From an uncultured Phycisphaerales bacterium (GTDB taxonomy: Bacteria; Planctomycetota; Phycisphaerae; Tepidisphaerales; Tepidisphaeraceae), in contig CAVWVQ010000003.1 in NCBI GenBank assembly GCA_963758525.1, forward strand, positions 3,808,001-3,872,000: a DNA stretch of 64,000 nt. The letters run 5' to 3'. Made by a program: the position numbers and the translations under genes. The number at the start of each line of letters is the position of its first letter. Position 1 is the first letter of the stretch. This document shows positions 39,016-48,574 of this stretch, one piece after another. The notes under the pieces were generated by a model, which searched no databases, was not told the origin of the DNA, and worked only from the letters and a program-made list of their open reading frames with translations.

Positions 39016-39936
39016 ATGCATCTTTGCGACATTCAAATCCGCGATCCGTTTGTGCTGCCGGTCGCTTCGCTCGGAGAGTATTTTCTCTTCGGCACGACCG
39101 ATCAAAATCCCTGGAGCGGGCCGGGGGTGGGGTTCGACGCCTACCGCAGTCGCGACTTGATCGAGTGGGAGGGACCGATCGCTGCGTTTCGGCCGAGCGA
39201 GTATTTCTGGGGACGAACGCAATTCTGGGCGCCGGAGGTGCATGCCTGGCGCGATCGATATTACATGCTCGCAACCTTCAAGGCCGACGGCTTGTCGCGC
39301 GGCACGGCAATCCTTTCATCGCATCGGCCCCAAGGTCCCTTTGAGCCTTGGAGCGACGGCCCGATCACGCCGCGCGGTGCAATGGCGCTGGATGGGACGC
39401 TGCACGTCGACCCGTGCGGTGTCCCTTGGATGATCTATTGCCACGAGTGGGTGCAACTCCACGACGGAACCATCTGCGCGATTCAGCTTTCTGAGGATCT
39501 GCGGCAGACCGTCGGCGAACCCGTCCTGCTTTTTCACGGTTCGGACGGAGCGTGGGTGCGTGCACTTGAGCCGGCTTATCTACGGGAGACCGTCGGCGTT
39601 GAAACAAACTTCGGCGGGCCAAAGCGATACGTCACCGATGGTCCATTCCTGCACCGCACGCGCAGCGGCGTTCTCCTGATGCTTTGGAGCAGCTTCGGTG
39701 AACAGGGGTACGCCATGGGGCTCGCCCGGTCGATTTCCGGCTCGGTCCTTGGCCCCTGGACGCTCGACCCAGAGCCCCTCTGGCCGACCGATGGCGGACA
39801 CGGCATGTTGTTCCGCGATTTCTCCGGCCGGCTTTTCGTCACATTGCATCAGCCAAACAACACGCCCTTCGAGCGCGCCGTTTTTTTCCCGGTCGATGAA
39901 TCCGACGATTCGCTTCGATTGAAGTCTCCCTCATAG
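39016..39936 (+). CDS. Glycoside hydrolase family 43
   Basis: IRDPFV, FWAPEV, ALDGTL, HEW, VTDGPF and GGHGMLF. Confidence 0.9.
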   Translation: MHLCDIQIRDPFVLPVASLGEYFLFGTTDQNPWSGPGVGFDAYRSRDLIEWEGPIAAFRPSEYFWGRTQFWAPEVHAWRDRYYMLATFKADGLSRGTAILSSHRPQGPFEPWSDGPITPRGAMALDGTLHVDPCGVPWMIYCHEWVQLHDGTICAIQLSEDLRQTVGEPVLLFHGSDGAWVRALEPAYLRETVGVETNFGGPKRYVTDGPFLHRTRSGVLLMLWSSFGEQGYAMGLARSISGSVLGPWTLDPEPLWPTDGGHGMLFRDFSGRLFVTLHQPNNTPFERAVFFPVDESDDSLRLKSPS

Positions 39937-40099
39937 CGAACGATCTCGGCCCCAGCAGGTAAGCGGCGGCTGCGCGAGTCTTATTCGCCGCTCGGTATCT
40001 GAGAAGACAGTGAGACCGGCATGAAGCGTCGCTTGTTCAACCTGCTGGCAGCGCTGCCGCCGCTCCTGTTGCTGGCATCGCCTCGTTAGACTACCTGGC

Positions 40100-40666
40100 G
40101 TGCGTCGCCGGCTCTTCACCATCGTCTCGGCAGTGTCGCTGCTGCTCTGCCTTGCAATCGGCGCAATGTGGGTCCGCAGCTATCTGGTTCAGGACGAGTG
40201 GACCCTTCGCGCATTGCCGCGTTACCAGCCCGACGAATTCACCGCTTGGTATCAGATATGTTCGCTGAACGGGGGAATGGGGTTGATTGTTTCCCCCACG
40301 AATCCATTCAGCATGTGGGCGCGCGGCCCAAACTTTCGGTATGAACGGTGGGATCATCCCCGCTCGACGGCGTATCCAGCCTCGGGAATGATCGGGGATA
40401 TAGGATGCCACTCGTGGTGCGGGTTCATAGCCTATCACTCCGACGAATTTACGGCCGTGCCGCCGCCGCGATGGTGGATCGCCGTCCCCTACTGGGCTGT
40501 TCTCGCCACCTGCGCGTTGCTTCCGCTGTTGTGGCTCTGTCTCTGGCGACGCGCTGCGACGCGAAGAGAGGCGGGCTGGTGCCCTCAGTGCGGCTACGAT
40601 CTGCGCGCCACGCCGGATCGATGTCCCGAGTGCGGGACGATCTCTCCGCCTCGTTCGTTGGATTGA
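40100..40666 (+). CDS. Two-TM protein with C-terminal zinc ribbon (Phycisphaerae-type family)
   Basis: RRRLFTIVSAVSLLLCLA...WVRSY and VPYW...CPQCGYDLRATPDRCPECG. Confidence 0.8.
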   Translation: MRRRLFTIVSAVSLLLCLAIGAMWVRSYLVQDEWTLRALPRYQPDEFTAWYQICSLNGGMGLIVSPTNPFSMWARGPNFRYERWDHPRSTAYPASGMIGDIGCHSWCGFIAYHSDEFTAVPPPRWWIAVPYWAVLATCALLPLLWLCLWRRAATRREAGWCPQCGYDLRATPDRCPECGTISPPRSLD

Positions 40667-40678
40667 TGTCGACGCCAA

Positions 40679-42981
40679 TCATGGCGGAGTTTGAGGAATT
40701 TCTCGCCACGTGAATGATGCGCCATTCGTCCGGTCGGACTGGGCGCCAGGCTCGTCGGCGGTGACCGTCCCGTCCTCCTTGATGCGCAGGTGTCTGTGGC
40801 TCTCAAGGGAGAGGAGGAGCAAATCGCCACGCGGCATTTCGGTCCATTGAAAGCATTCATTAGCGGCACCGCTGCTTTGATCGACCGGCGTCAGTGAGAC
40901 TCGGCCCGCGGCGCCGAGTCCCGATACCGTCACAAATCTCCCGTCGAGGACGGACTGAAGAGCGACGCGGCCGAGCTTTCGATCGATCACTTTGAATTGT
41001 GCTGCCGATATTTGTGTGATGTCATTCGACGGGACACCATCGAGCGCCCGCGCCATTACCCCCTCTCCCGGTACGCCGGGAGAGGGATGGGGTGAGGGTG
41101 ATTTCGCGCTTGCGACGATCTTGTACGATTCCAAAGCGCCCTCGCCTCTGCCCTCGCCCGGGAAACCGGAAGAAGGGGAAAAGCTTTCTGCGATTCGGGA
41201 CTGGGCGATCAGCCCATCGCCCTTGACGACAAGCGCTGCGCCGTCCGCCATATTTTCCAGCGTGATGGTCTTCCCGATCGGAATCGGACGAGTGAATCCG
41301 TTGGGATGTGGCTCTTCGACGGTGAGTCCGTCGAAATCGGCGAAACCGCCGGGCGAGTCGCCGGTGTTGTAGTGGAACAGTGAATAGCGTACGCCCTGAA
41401 ACGTCTTGATCTGGAAGATCATGGTGAATTCATCGCCGAGGGGTTGGAAGGTTTTGCCGTCGGTGCTATAGCTGAATGTTGCCTTCTCGGTCAGGAAATC
41501 GCACGCGGCCCGAAGCCAGACGCGTTGGGCATGGAGAGGGGCGCTGGAGGTTTTGCCCGTGCTCTGATCGTATCGACTGAGGGATGCGCCATCGGCATGT
41601 TTCGTTACGCCGATCCACGCATACGGATGGTTCAGCAGGGCCAGTCCGGCGACGTCGCCAGGTTGCATTCCGGTCGTGACAAGTTCGGCCGTCGGCGTGG
41701 ATTGCGGACCAACGGCGCGCTGCGTGAGCGTGTTGCGCGCCAACCAGAAATCCGTCGCGGGCAGCGAATGGAGGCGCAGGAATCCAGGGCGTTCGGTGAG
41801 CGACCATTTCGAATCATCCGGAACGTGATTCCATTGCCAGATCGGCTTGAGCGTTGGTCCGGCAAAGTCGTCGCTCCGCTGATACGGCGTGGCGGGCTCG
41901 GAGAGGTAACCGGTATCAGGCTTGACCCACGTGCGCGGCGTGCGTTTGAGATTCCCCGGCAAGCCGAAATAAGGCCACCCGTCTTGCCAGGTCACAGGCG
42001 AGAGGCAGGTCAGTCGGCCGACCGAGTTATAGTCCATCATCGAAAAACCCCACCACTGGCCGGTGGGCGTATCAACGATGCCGCCCTGATGCATTGCCAA
42101 TCGGCCAACGCTGTCGGGACTGGGAGCCTTCAGGGCAAACGTCTCTCCCTTTCCGTTGCCCACCAGCCGGTTGCCTTCGGAGATGCCAAACTCCTCGTCA
42201 ATGCTGATTTCCGGATTCACCTCGTAAGGACCTTGCGGCTTGCTCGCGCGGCGCAGAGCATCCGCATGTGCCCATCGAACCTGTCGTTGCAGAGATAGTA
42301 CTTGCCATCGATCTTGTAAAAGTGGTTCCCTTCGCCCATGCCGGCTTCTTTTGGAATAATGATGCGCTCTGTCCCCGGCACGACGTCGGTCAGATCACCG
42401 GTCAACTCTGCCAAGCGGATATCGCCGTATCCCCAGACGACATAGGTTTTGCCGGCGTCGTCAAAAAGAACCGACAGGTCGTGGAAAGAGCCCTTCATTT
42501 CCAGATGCTTCCAGGGGCCGGCAGGATTTGTTGCGGTGAAGAGCTGAGTCTTGCGGCCGTTGACGTTGGAGAAGATATAGAAGGTCCCATTGTGATAGCG
42601 AAAGCAGGGGGCCCAGATGCCCTGTCCATAGATCGACCCGCCATTCTCCAGGCGATACTCGGGCCCAAGGTCAAGGCGGTCGAAGGCATAGCCGACAAAG
42701 CCCCAGTTCACCAGATCTTTCGAATGCAGCATCGGCAGGCCGGGCATGCAGTGCATGGTGGTGCCGGTGAGATAGAAATCATCTCCCACGCGAATCATGT
42801 CCGGGTCGGAGAATTCATCGTAGAACAGCGGATTGGTAAAGGTCCCGTTGCCGTTGTCAGCGGTCCATGATTTACCGGCGGGAGTTGATGTGTGAATTGA
42901 CTGCGCTTGGGTCGGCATGGCAGCCTCCAATGGAATTGCCATCAGAGCAATCGTAAGTATAAAGCGTCGAGTAAAGTGCAA
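40679..42981 (-). CDS. Secreted GH43 beta-xylosidase-like enzyme with ConA-like and C-terminal beta-trefoil-like modules; frameshift near 42250
   Basis: NPLFYDEFSDPD, GIWAP, MGEG, then ARASKPQGPYEVNP, HQGG and WQWNH. Confidence 0.9.
41059..41178. repeat. 120-bp REP doublet lying in frame within the GH43 CDS
   Basis: Arms CCCCCTCTCCCGGTACGCCGGGAGAGGGATGGGGTGAGGG and CCCTCGCCTCTGCCCTCGCCCGGGAAACCGGAAGAAGGGG, same family as 9124 and 53881. Confidence 0.85.
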
Positions 42982-43038
42982 CGGTTCCTGATGAACGCGT
43001 TGACCAGATCTTCCTTGATTTTGGTAACCGGCTAAGGA

Positions 43039-45188
43039 TCAATCAGACACTTCATACTGACCGCGCGAACGAATGTCCTTCGCCGAGCTTCCCGCCATCA
43101 CGTCGAACTTGCCCGCCTCGACGACGAACTTGTGCTGTTTAACGTCATAGATCGACATCCGATCCGCCGGCACCTCCTGCGTGACCGTTTGCTTTTCGCC
43201 GCGGTTCAGATGGACGCGGACAAATGCAATCAGCTTCTGATTCGGCTGCTTCACGCTGCATACCTTCTCATGAGCGTAAAATTGCACGACTTCATCGCCG
43301 GCGCGGGAGCCCGTGTTGGTCACCTCGACAGAGAGCGTGAGTTTGTCGCCTGGCTTCGCGTTTGCCGAGAAGAGTTTCAGATCGCCATATTTGAATGTTG
43401 TATAGCTCAGCCCGTGCCCGAAGGGGAACACCGGCTCCTTGTCGAAATACATGTACGTGTACCCGTGCGTGATGTCGTAATCCGTATCCGGCGGGACCTG
43501 GTCGGCCGATTCGTACACCGTGTACGGCAACCGCCCGCCGGGGTTGAAATCGCCCAGCAGCACGTCCGCGATGGCGTTGCCTCCTTCTTCGCCGGCATAC
43601 CACGCTTCGAGCATGGCCGGAACGTTGTCCCGGGCCCATTTCGTCGAAAGCGGGCCGGCGTTCATCAGCACGACGACGGTTTTCGGATTTGCCGCGTAGA
43701 CCGATTCAATCAACTTTTCCTGAGCTCCGGGCAGATTCAGGCCCTTTCGATCGCGGCCTTCGCCTTCTACCTTCAGGTTCGTACCGACGAAAACCAGCGC
43801 CACGTCCGCGCCCTTCGCCGCTTCGACGGCCTTTGCGATATCGTCGTCGTCCGTCTTGTTCGGCAGCATCTCGCAGCCGACCGCTGAACGAATTTCCACG
43901 CCATCTTTCAGGCGGTTCTTCAACCCCTCGAGCGGGTCGATCTTCTTCTGGCCCCTGGTGTAGATGTAGTAATTTCCATACTCCGGCGCAACCGACGCAG
44001 GGCCGATCACCGCAATCGTTTTAAGCTTCGATTTATCCAGCGGCAGGAAATTGTTCTTGTTCGTCAGCAACACCATCGACTCGCGGGCGCACTTCAGCGC
44101 CAACTCACGATGCTCCGGCGAATCGATCACCGATTCAGGAATTTTCGAGAACGGCACCATCTCCGGCGGATCGAATGCGCCGAGTCGAAACGCCACGGTC
44201 AACACGCGCTTCAGCGAGCGATTGAGCGTCTCCTCGGAGACCAGCTTCCGTTGCACTGCCGCCGGGATGTTCTTGCGATACTCTTCATCGTCGAGATCGC
44301 AGCCGGCGTTGATCGCCTGCGCGACGGCCTCCACCATGTCAGTGCTGATGTGATGCGCAGTCACGAGATCTTTAACGCCTCCCAAGTCGCAGACGATAAA
44401 GCCGTCCCAGCCCCACTGATCGCGTGGGATGTCGCTGATCAGCAGTTTGTTGATGGCGCACGGCACGCCGTTGATCGCGTTGTACGCCGCCATCATTGAA
44501 GTGGCATGTCCCTCGACGATGCAGTCGCGGAAGTGCGGCAGCCAGTATTCGTACAACATCCGCTCATCCACCTTTGCAGAGAGCGTGAGCCGGTCCTTCT
44601 CGACGTTGTTGACGGCATAGTGCTTGAGCGTCGCCGCGATTTTCAGGTATTTTGGATCGTCCCCCTGCAACCCCTTCACGTAGGCCACGCCCATGCGGCC
44701 GGTGAGGTACGGATCTTCACCATACTCTTCCTGAATTCGCCCCCAACGCGGGTTGCGGCTGATGTTGATCACGGGCCCGCGATACACCAGCCCCGCCGGC
44801 GTGCTCGGACCCATTGCGTGGATGTTGTACAGCGCCCGCGCTTCATCCGAGATCGCAACCGTCTCTTCGTGAACGAGCGGCGGGTCCCACGTCGCGCCCA
44901 TGGCGATGGAAACGGGAAACACCGTCGTGGTCCGCGTCTTGGACATGACGCCGTGCAGGCACTGATTCCACCCGCCCCACGCCGGCACCTTCAACCGCGC
45001 AATGTCCGATGCCTTATGATCCAGCTCGGCCGCTTTCTCCTCGAGCGTCATCTTCGAGATCAGGTCATCGACACGTTTGCCGATCGGCTGCGTCGGATCC
45101 AGATACAGCGGCGCGGGCTCGGCGCGCGCCGGGAAGCAAGAAATATGGCGACTGTTGAGAAGACTACTAACGCTGGTTTGAGATTCAT
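43039..45188 (-). CDS. Glycoside hydrolase family 3 (beta-glucosidase/xylosidase) with FnIII-like tail; frameshift near 45130
   Basis: Signal peptide from ATG 45188, MTLEEK, PRWGRIQEEYGEDP, LKHY, IVCD, EGEGRDR and FGHGLSYT. Confidence 0.93.
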
Positions 45189-45243
45189 GAGAAATGCTCC
45201 ACTGATTGGTTTGAATATGAGTACGTTGCGCCGGGGTCTCGTT

Positions 45244-47384
45244 TCACGGACTCCGTGGTGTCACGGAATCGTCTGGTGAGTCGGGGCTTTCGCCCGCGGA
45301 GTTCGTGGCGCTCACCACGTAATAGTACGTCTCCCCGTTTTTCATCCCCTTGTCGACCAGACTCGTGCCTTGCACGGCGGCGACGGTGTGATAAGGGCCG
45401 CCCTTGGCCATGGAACGCTTGACGTTGTAACTCGTCGCGCCGAATGCCTCGAGCCAGCGCAGCGGAACCTGCCCGTCTCCCGGCCCACCATAGATGGCAA
45501 AAGGCGCCGCGGGCTTTTTGACCTGCTCGACTCCGCCCCCGCCGGTCATCCGCACGCTGTCGAATGTCGCTGTGGTGGGCTTTCCGTTGATGGTGGAACA
45601 TACAAACAGGCCAAGGCACGCGGTCTTGCCCATGTCCGGAAACAGTCCGTCCTCAATGGGGGTCCAACTGGCGCCGTCTGGCGAATGCCAGCAAGTGATG
45701 CGCTCGCCCACGCGCTCCAGTTTCAGCCAGTGAGGGATGGCCGCGTTCTCGTGCGACTGCGATGAGCTGTCATGACTGGAATGCGAGAAGCCCCGCAAAT
45801 CCGTCTCGACGCCCGGGCCTTTATCCCTGGCGTTGGGTGTTGACCATACCGCCATTCTCGCGGCCTTCGGCTGCAGCGAGTCGCGGATCATGAGGCCTGC
45901 CATTGTGAAATTCTGCACTTCCTCGACGGAGGTCACTTTCGCGATGAGGGTGGCGTCGCCCGTCACCTTCCGGTAGGCAAAATGGCAACTGTCATCCCCT
46001 CGCCAGGCCCATTTCCACCACGGGGGATTCAACATCCCGGCGGTTCCACCCCCTCGAATCGTCCACGTGCCTCCGGCAAAGGCGCCGACGCCGCGCGGCG
46101 ATGCATCGCCGATCTCGACGTTATCCAGGCCCGCGGTCAGTGGCTCGGTCGACGCCGGCGCGGGCATGGGGGCGCGGGAAGCGCCTTCGAATGATCCGTG
46201 ATTTTGTAGTACACAAAGCTGTCGCCTTCGAACGGGTTGGCGTCCATGGCCTGGTCGCTGAAAGGTGCGCCCAGTCCCATTCTGATCGTATAAGCCTTGT
46301 GAATCATGCATGCGATCCAGGGTGACGCTTTCGCGGGCGGACCGCCGTGGGCCGGATAGAAGCTGTACTTTGTCCCGAAGGGCATCCATGGTGTGGGGTA
46401 GTTCAGGTTGTAGCGGGCGTAGAACTCGCCCATCGTCAGCAGGCGGTTTTCCCGTGCCGAATACACGTCAACGCCTTGTTTCCAAAAGATCTCCGCGGCC
46501 AGCAACGTCTTGGCGAGTTCGCCGGCCGCGTGGCCCTGATCGCGCCCGCTGTCGCCGATCTCCCCGTTCGGCAGCGAGTCGGTCAACCCCGTCTCCGGGT
46601 CGGACAAAAACATCCGCACGCAATCATTGAACATCTGCCAGTCGTCCAGGAACACGGAGACGCAGACATAATTGATCAATTGCAACGAGCCCTGGTTTGC
46701 GGAGCGCAACGGATTGGTCGACCATTCGCGCGCGTAGAGGTTTCTGAAATAGGTCTTGCAGAGCGCGGTGTCTTCTTGCGTCCAGCCCGGCCACGTACCG
46801 CGCAGGATATCCGCGCCGCCGAGGATGGGCCCGGCGTAATCCCCCAGCGACAGATACATCTCCGCGCCGCCAAAACTTTTCTGCCCCGTCACGTACGCCA
46901 TCAGAACGTCGTGGCCCTGTTTCGCGTAAGCCTCGTTGCGCGTGAGATACCACAGAAGCGAGTCCTTATAGAAAGCATCCATGTCCCGCTTCCACGCGGT
47001 GAGATGGATGTCGGGCGTCCGGCAAACGGTGTCGAACGGTCCGTTCATTTTGCGGCCAAGCTGAGATGCGCGGTCGCTCTTGAGCGCCTCGAACGCGGAT
47101 TTCCATGGCTCGCGGCCGATGTTTCGCTTGACCTCGTCGAGGTCCTCTTTCGTGAGCGGAATGCCGGGATGGATGAATGTCCGCGGACCCAGGCTGATTG
47201 GGGCTCCGCGCGTGCGCCCGGCAGGCGAAGAACTCAAGCTCGCAGTCTCAGCCGGCGCGGCATTCGTCAGTCCCTGCGCCCACGATACCGTTGGAGAGGA
47301 CAGGCAAAAGAGCACCACGGGGAGCGGTCCGAGCCAAAAGTACCGGATCGGAAAAGGACGAAAGTTGTGGGAAGATAGTTGCAT
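45244..47384 (-). CDS. Secreted alginate-lyase-like (alpha/alpha) protein with ConA-like and FN3 modules; frameshift near 46170
   Basis: Signal peptide, FIHPGI, SANQG, DSGRDQGHA and C-terminal FN3 (GATSYNVKRS...YYYVVSATNSAGES). Confidence 0.75.
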
Positions 47385-47406
47385 TGTGTTACTCAGTCCT
47401 TAGTTG

Positions 47407-48444
47407 TTACTGCGGCACGATTGCGCCGACCACCGCTCGCATGACGAGCCCCGCGGGGATACTCCCCGGCATGTCGGGTCCGATTTCTCCGCTGTCATAC
47501 ATTCCGAAAATCGCTGGCCCGACCGACCCATTCGAGATCGCGCTGAATTCCTCCGCGAAGTTCCCTGCTTTCACCATCTCCCGGCGGCGGTAATGATCTT
47601 CAAAGAAAAACACCATTGAGGCCTTTCCATTGCTTCCCGACAGGACCGTCTGCAACAGATCGCCGGCAGCTTTGGTGGATTTATCCTTCGTGCTCCCGGT
47701 AACGACTTTGAACTTTCCCGTGATAAGAATGGCGATGTTGGTGCCCTTGACGGTTTCGCCCCCGACGATCTGCCTCGTGTCCGGCCCGCCGGAGGCGCCG
47801 CCGATCATGTTGACATTTCCGTCCTTATCGAGAGCCTCGGCGAGGCCTTTCGCAAATGAAAGATTGTCTCCCGCATGCTGACTGCCAAAAGTAATGAGAA
47901 GCTTTCCGGGGTCGGACGATTCATACGCAGCCTTGAGGGCGTCACCGATGGTTTTCCCATTGTCGTGGAGGGCCTTTGGCCGCTCTCCCTTGGCAAATGG
48001 AGCGATCGGAGCCGCCGCGGGAGTCACGGTGCAATCCCCACCGATTGCCATCACCGCAATCCCATGCGGAATGTCGGCGCCTTGCTCCGTGAAATTTCCT
48101 TCCTGGGTGATTGGAGAGGCGGCTTCACAACCATAAATGATCTTCTCGTCAAAAACCGTGGCCACGCCCTCCACCACCTCCGCACCGAATTGCGGCTTGG
48201 CGCAAAAGACGATAACCATCTTGGCTTCCTGCCCGCCGAGGGCGGCCCTGGCTTTCGTGGCAGCTTCTGTGCCGGCGGCTTTCGGATCCGGCAGCGCGGA
48301 CTGTCCGGTGGTGAATACAGGAATCGATGAGGTAGGCGGACTGGGCTCGGCTGCCGATGTTGGCGCTGTACATAGAAGAGCCATGCCATAAATGAGCGAA
48401 GCGACCAGCCGCGCAAGCTGATGGGAGAAATATCTAACAAGCAC
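47407..48444 (-). CDS. FIST-domain-like protein with N-terminal signal peptide
   Basis: AAGGAG then GTG at 48444. AGTEAATKARAALG, IYGC, IGGASG and FGMYDSGEIG. Confidence 0.7.
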   Translation of the reverse strand: MLVRYFSHQLARLVASLIYGMALLCTAPTSAAEPSPPTSSIPVFTTGQSALPDPKAAGTEAATKARAALGGQEAKMVIVFCAKPQFGAEVVEGVATVFDEKIIYGCEAASPITQEGNFTEQGADIPHGIAVMAIGGDCTVTPAAAPIAPFAKGERPKALHDNGKTIGDALKAAYESSDPGKLLITFGSQHAGDNLSFAKGLAEALDKDGNVNMIGGASGGPDTRQIVGGETVKGTNIAILITGKFKVVTGSTKDKSTKAAGDLLQTVLSGSNGKASMVFFFEDHYRRREMVKAGNFAEEFSAISNGSVGPAIFGMYDSGEIGPDMPGSIPAGLVMRAVVGAIVPQ

Positions 48445-48574
48445 GGGTGCTCCTTGTCGGGATGGTTGCCGAGGGCAAATGGGAAACAATTGGAGTTTGA
48501 ACGGCTGCGTGCGGGAAGTCGTACGCCATGCGCCGTCGATCAGGATGCTGTGTTGTTTCATCGTTAAGCTCCGC

